From assembly GCA_043816965.1 (NCBI GenBank), contig JBDRHK010000003.1:1-17940 (forward strand): a stretch of 17,940 nucleotides of DNA, read 5' to 3'. The notes under the pieces are model-generated. The model saw only the letters and a program-made list of their open reading frames with translations, was not told the origin of the DNA and ran no database searches. Position 1 is the first letter of the stretch. The number at the start of each line of letters is the position of its first letter. Source of the stretch: Candidatus Iainarchaeum sp. GTDB lineage: Archaea; Iainarchaeota; Iainarchaeia; Iainarchaeales; JAFCCJ01. The position numbers were made by a program, and so were the translations under genes. Below, in pieces: positions 17,261 to 17,940 of the stretch.

Positions 17261-17836
17261 CTACTTGACCAGCAATGCTGCCTCTTCAGGAGTGTATCTC
17301 CAGCCTTTTGGCAGCTTGCCTTTTGAAATATAATATGAAGCAAGCTTTCTTATCTTGCTTACTGCGAGAATATAGCCCCTTTTTGCGGTGTAATCATGGT
17401 GATTATCGGCCATGTGCTTCTGCAGCACAACAGATTTCCTTATAAGATTCAAAAGATCTCTTGGAACATCAGGAAGCAAACTATGTTCGGCGAGAATATC
17501 CTCAATTGTTCTCCCAGTAATCTGCTTGGTTTTTGGAACCCCGTATTGGTCCCTGAGCATCATTCCGATTTCAGATGCTGTATGGCCGGCATTTGCGAGA
17601 TTTACAACCACTTCCTCAATATCCTTCTTTCCGAATTCCACCCAGTCAGGCTTTTGCGATGAGCTCTTCTTGCCGGTTTTTGGCTTGGCCTTATGCGCAG
17701 AATCCTTCTTTTCAGAATTTTTTTCTTTTTCAGCGGTTTTTTCCGGGGCTTTTTCAGCCTTCTCAGAAGCAGTCTCTTCCTTCTTATCGCTAGCCTTTTC
17801 TTCAGCCTTTTTTTCCTTTTCCTTGGATTCAGCCAT
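17261..17836 (-). CDS. rps15: 30S ribosomal protein S15 (uS15) with a Lys/Glu-rich N-terminal extension
   Basis: KPDWV, SEIGMMLRDQYGVP, PRDLLNLIRK, SKIRKLASYY and LPKGWRY. Confidence 0.96.
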   Translation of the reverse strand: MAESKEKEKKAEEKASDKKEETASEKAEKAPEKTAEKEKNSEKKDSAHKAKPKTGKKSSSQKPDWVEFGKKDIEEVVVNLANAGHTASEIGMMLRDQYGVPKTKQITGRTIEDILAEHSLLPDVPRDLLNLIRKSVVLQKHMADNHHDYTAKRGYILAVSKIRKLASYYISKGKLPKGWRYTPEEAALLVK

Positions 17837-17940
17837 TTATAACCACTTTTGGAATAATTTAAAACCCTTTCAGGCCCCTTCCTGCTCTAACGAAACAGGA
17901 AAGCATACAAAAATTGCACTAATAATCTCTCCCTGGAAAG

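Noticed and set aside
1142..17793. Many 60-184 aa antisense or alternate-frame ORFs in the track (e.g. 6469-7014, 7743-8297, 12110-12550)
   Set aside because: They lie over well-supported genes, show no family motifs, and have typical shadow-ORF composition.
17680..17830. Repetitive TTTTC-rich DNA as a tandem repeat element
   Set aside because: Explained by the Glu/Lys codons of the uS15 extension.

Overview
Compact archaeal core-genome window, probably from a DPANN lineage such as Iainarchaeota/Diapherotrites; this is inferred from gene content and N-terminal styles, not proven. Left half, replication and division: an Orc1/Cdc6 gene (running off the left edge) is divergent from sepF and a tail-anchored membrane protein. 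These converge on the PolD operon (UPF0147, DP1, DP2), followed by an AT-rich orphan gene and a NOG1-family GTPase. Right half, protein export and lipids: secF-secD, an archaeosortase/exosortase, CDP-archaeol synthase (carS), sppA and DUF92, then rps3ae and rps15. Main unusual points: (1) a 493-aa LAGLIDADG intein just before the DP2 catalytic DGD ends in Tyr-Asp rather than His-Asn/Gln; (2) the DP1 proofreading site has two substitutions (GNH to GQH, GHxH to GDxH) at ligands of the same metal; (3) carS is tightly coupled to a sortase inside a secretion/lipid cluster; (4) an unannotated 34-aa ORF sits where pcc1 usually lies; (5) a candidate replication origin lies upstream of cdc6; (6) there is a candidate structured rps15 leader. 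No rRNA, tRNA, CRISPR array or IS element was recognised.
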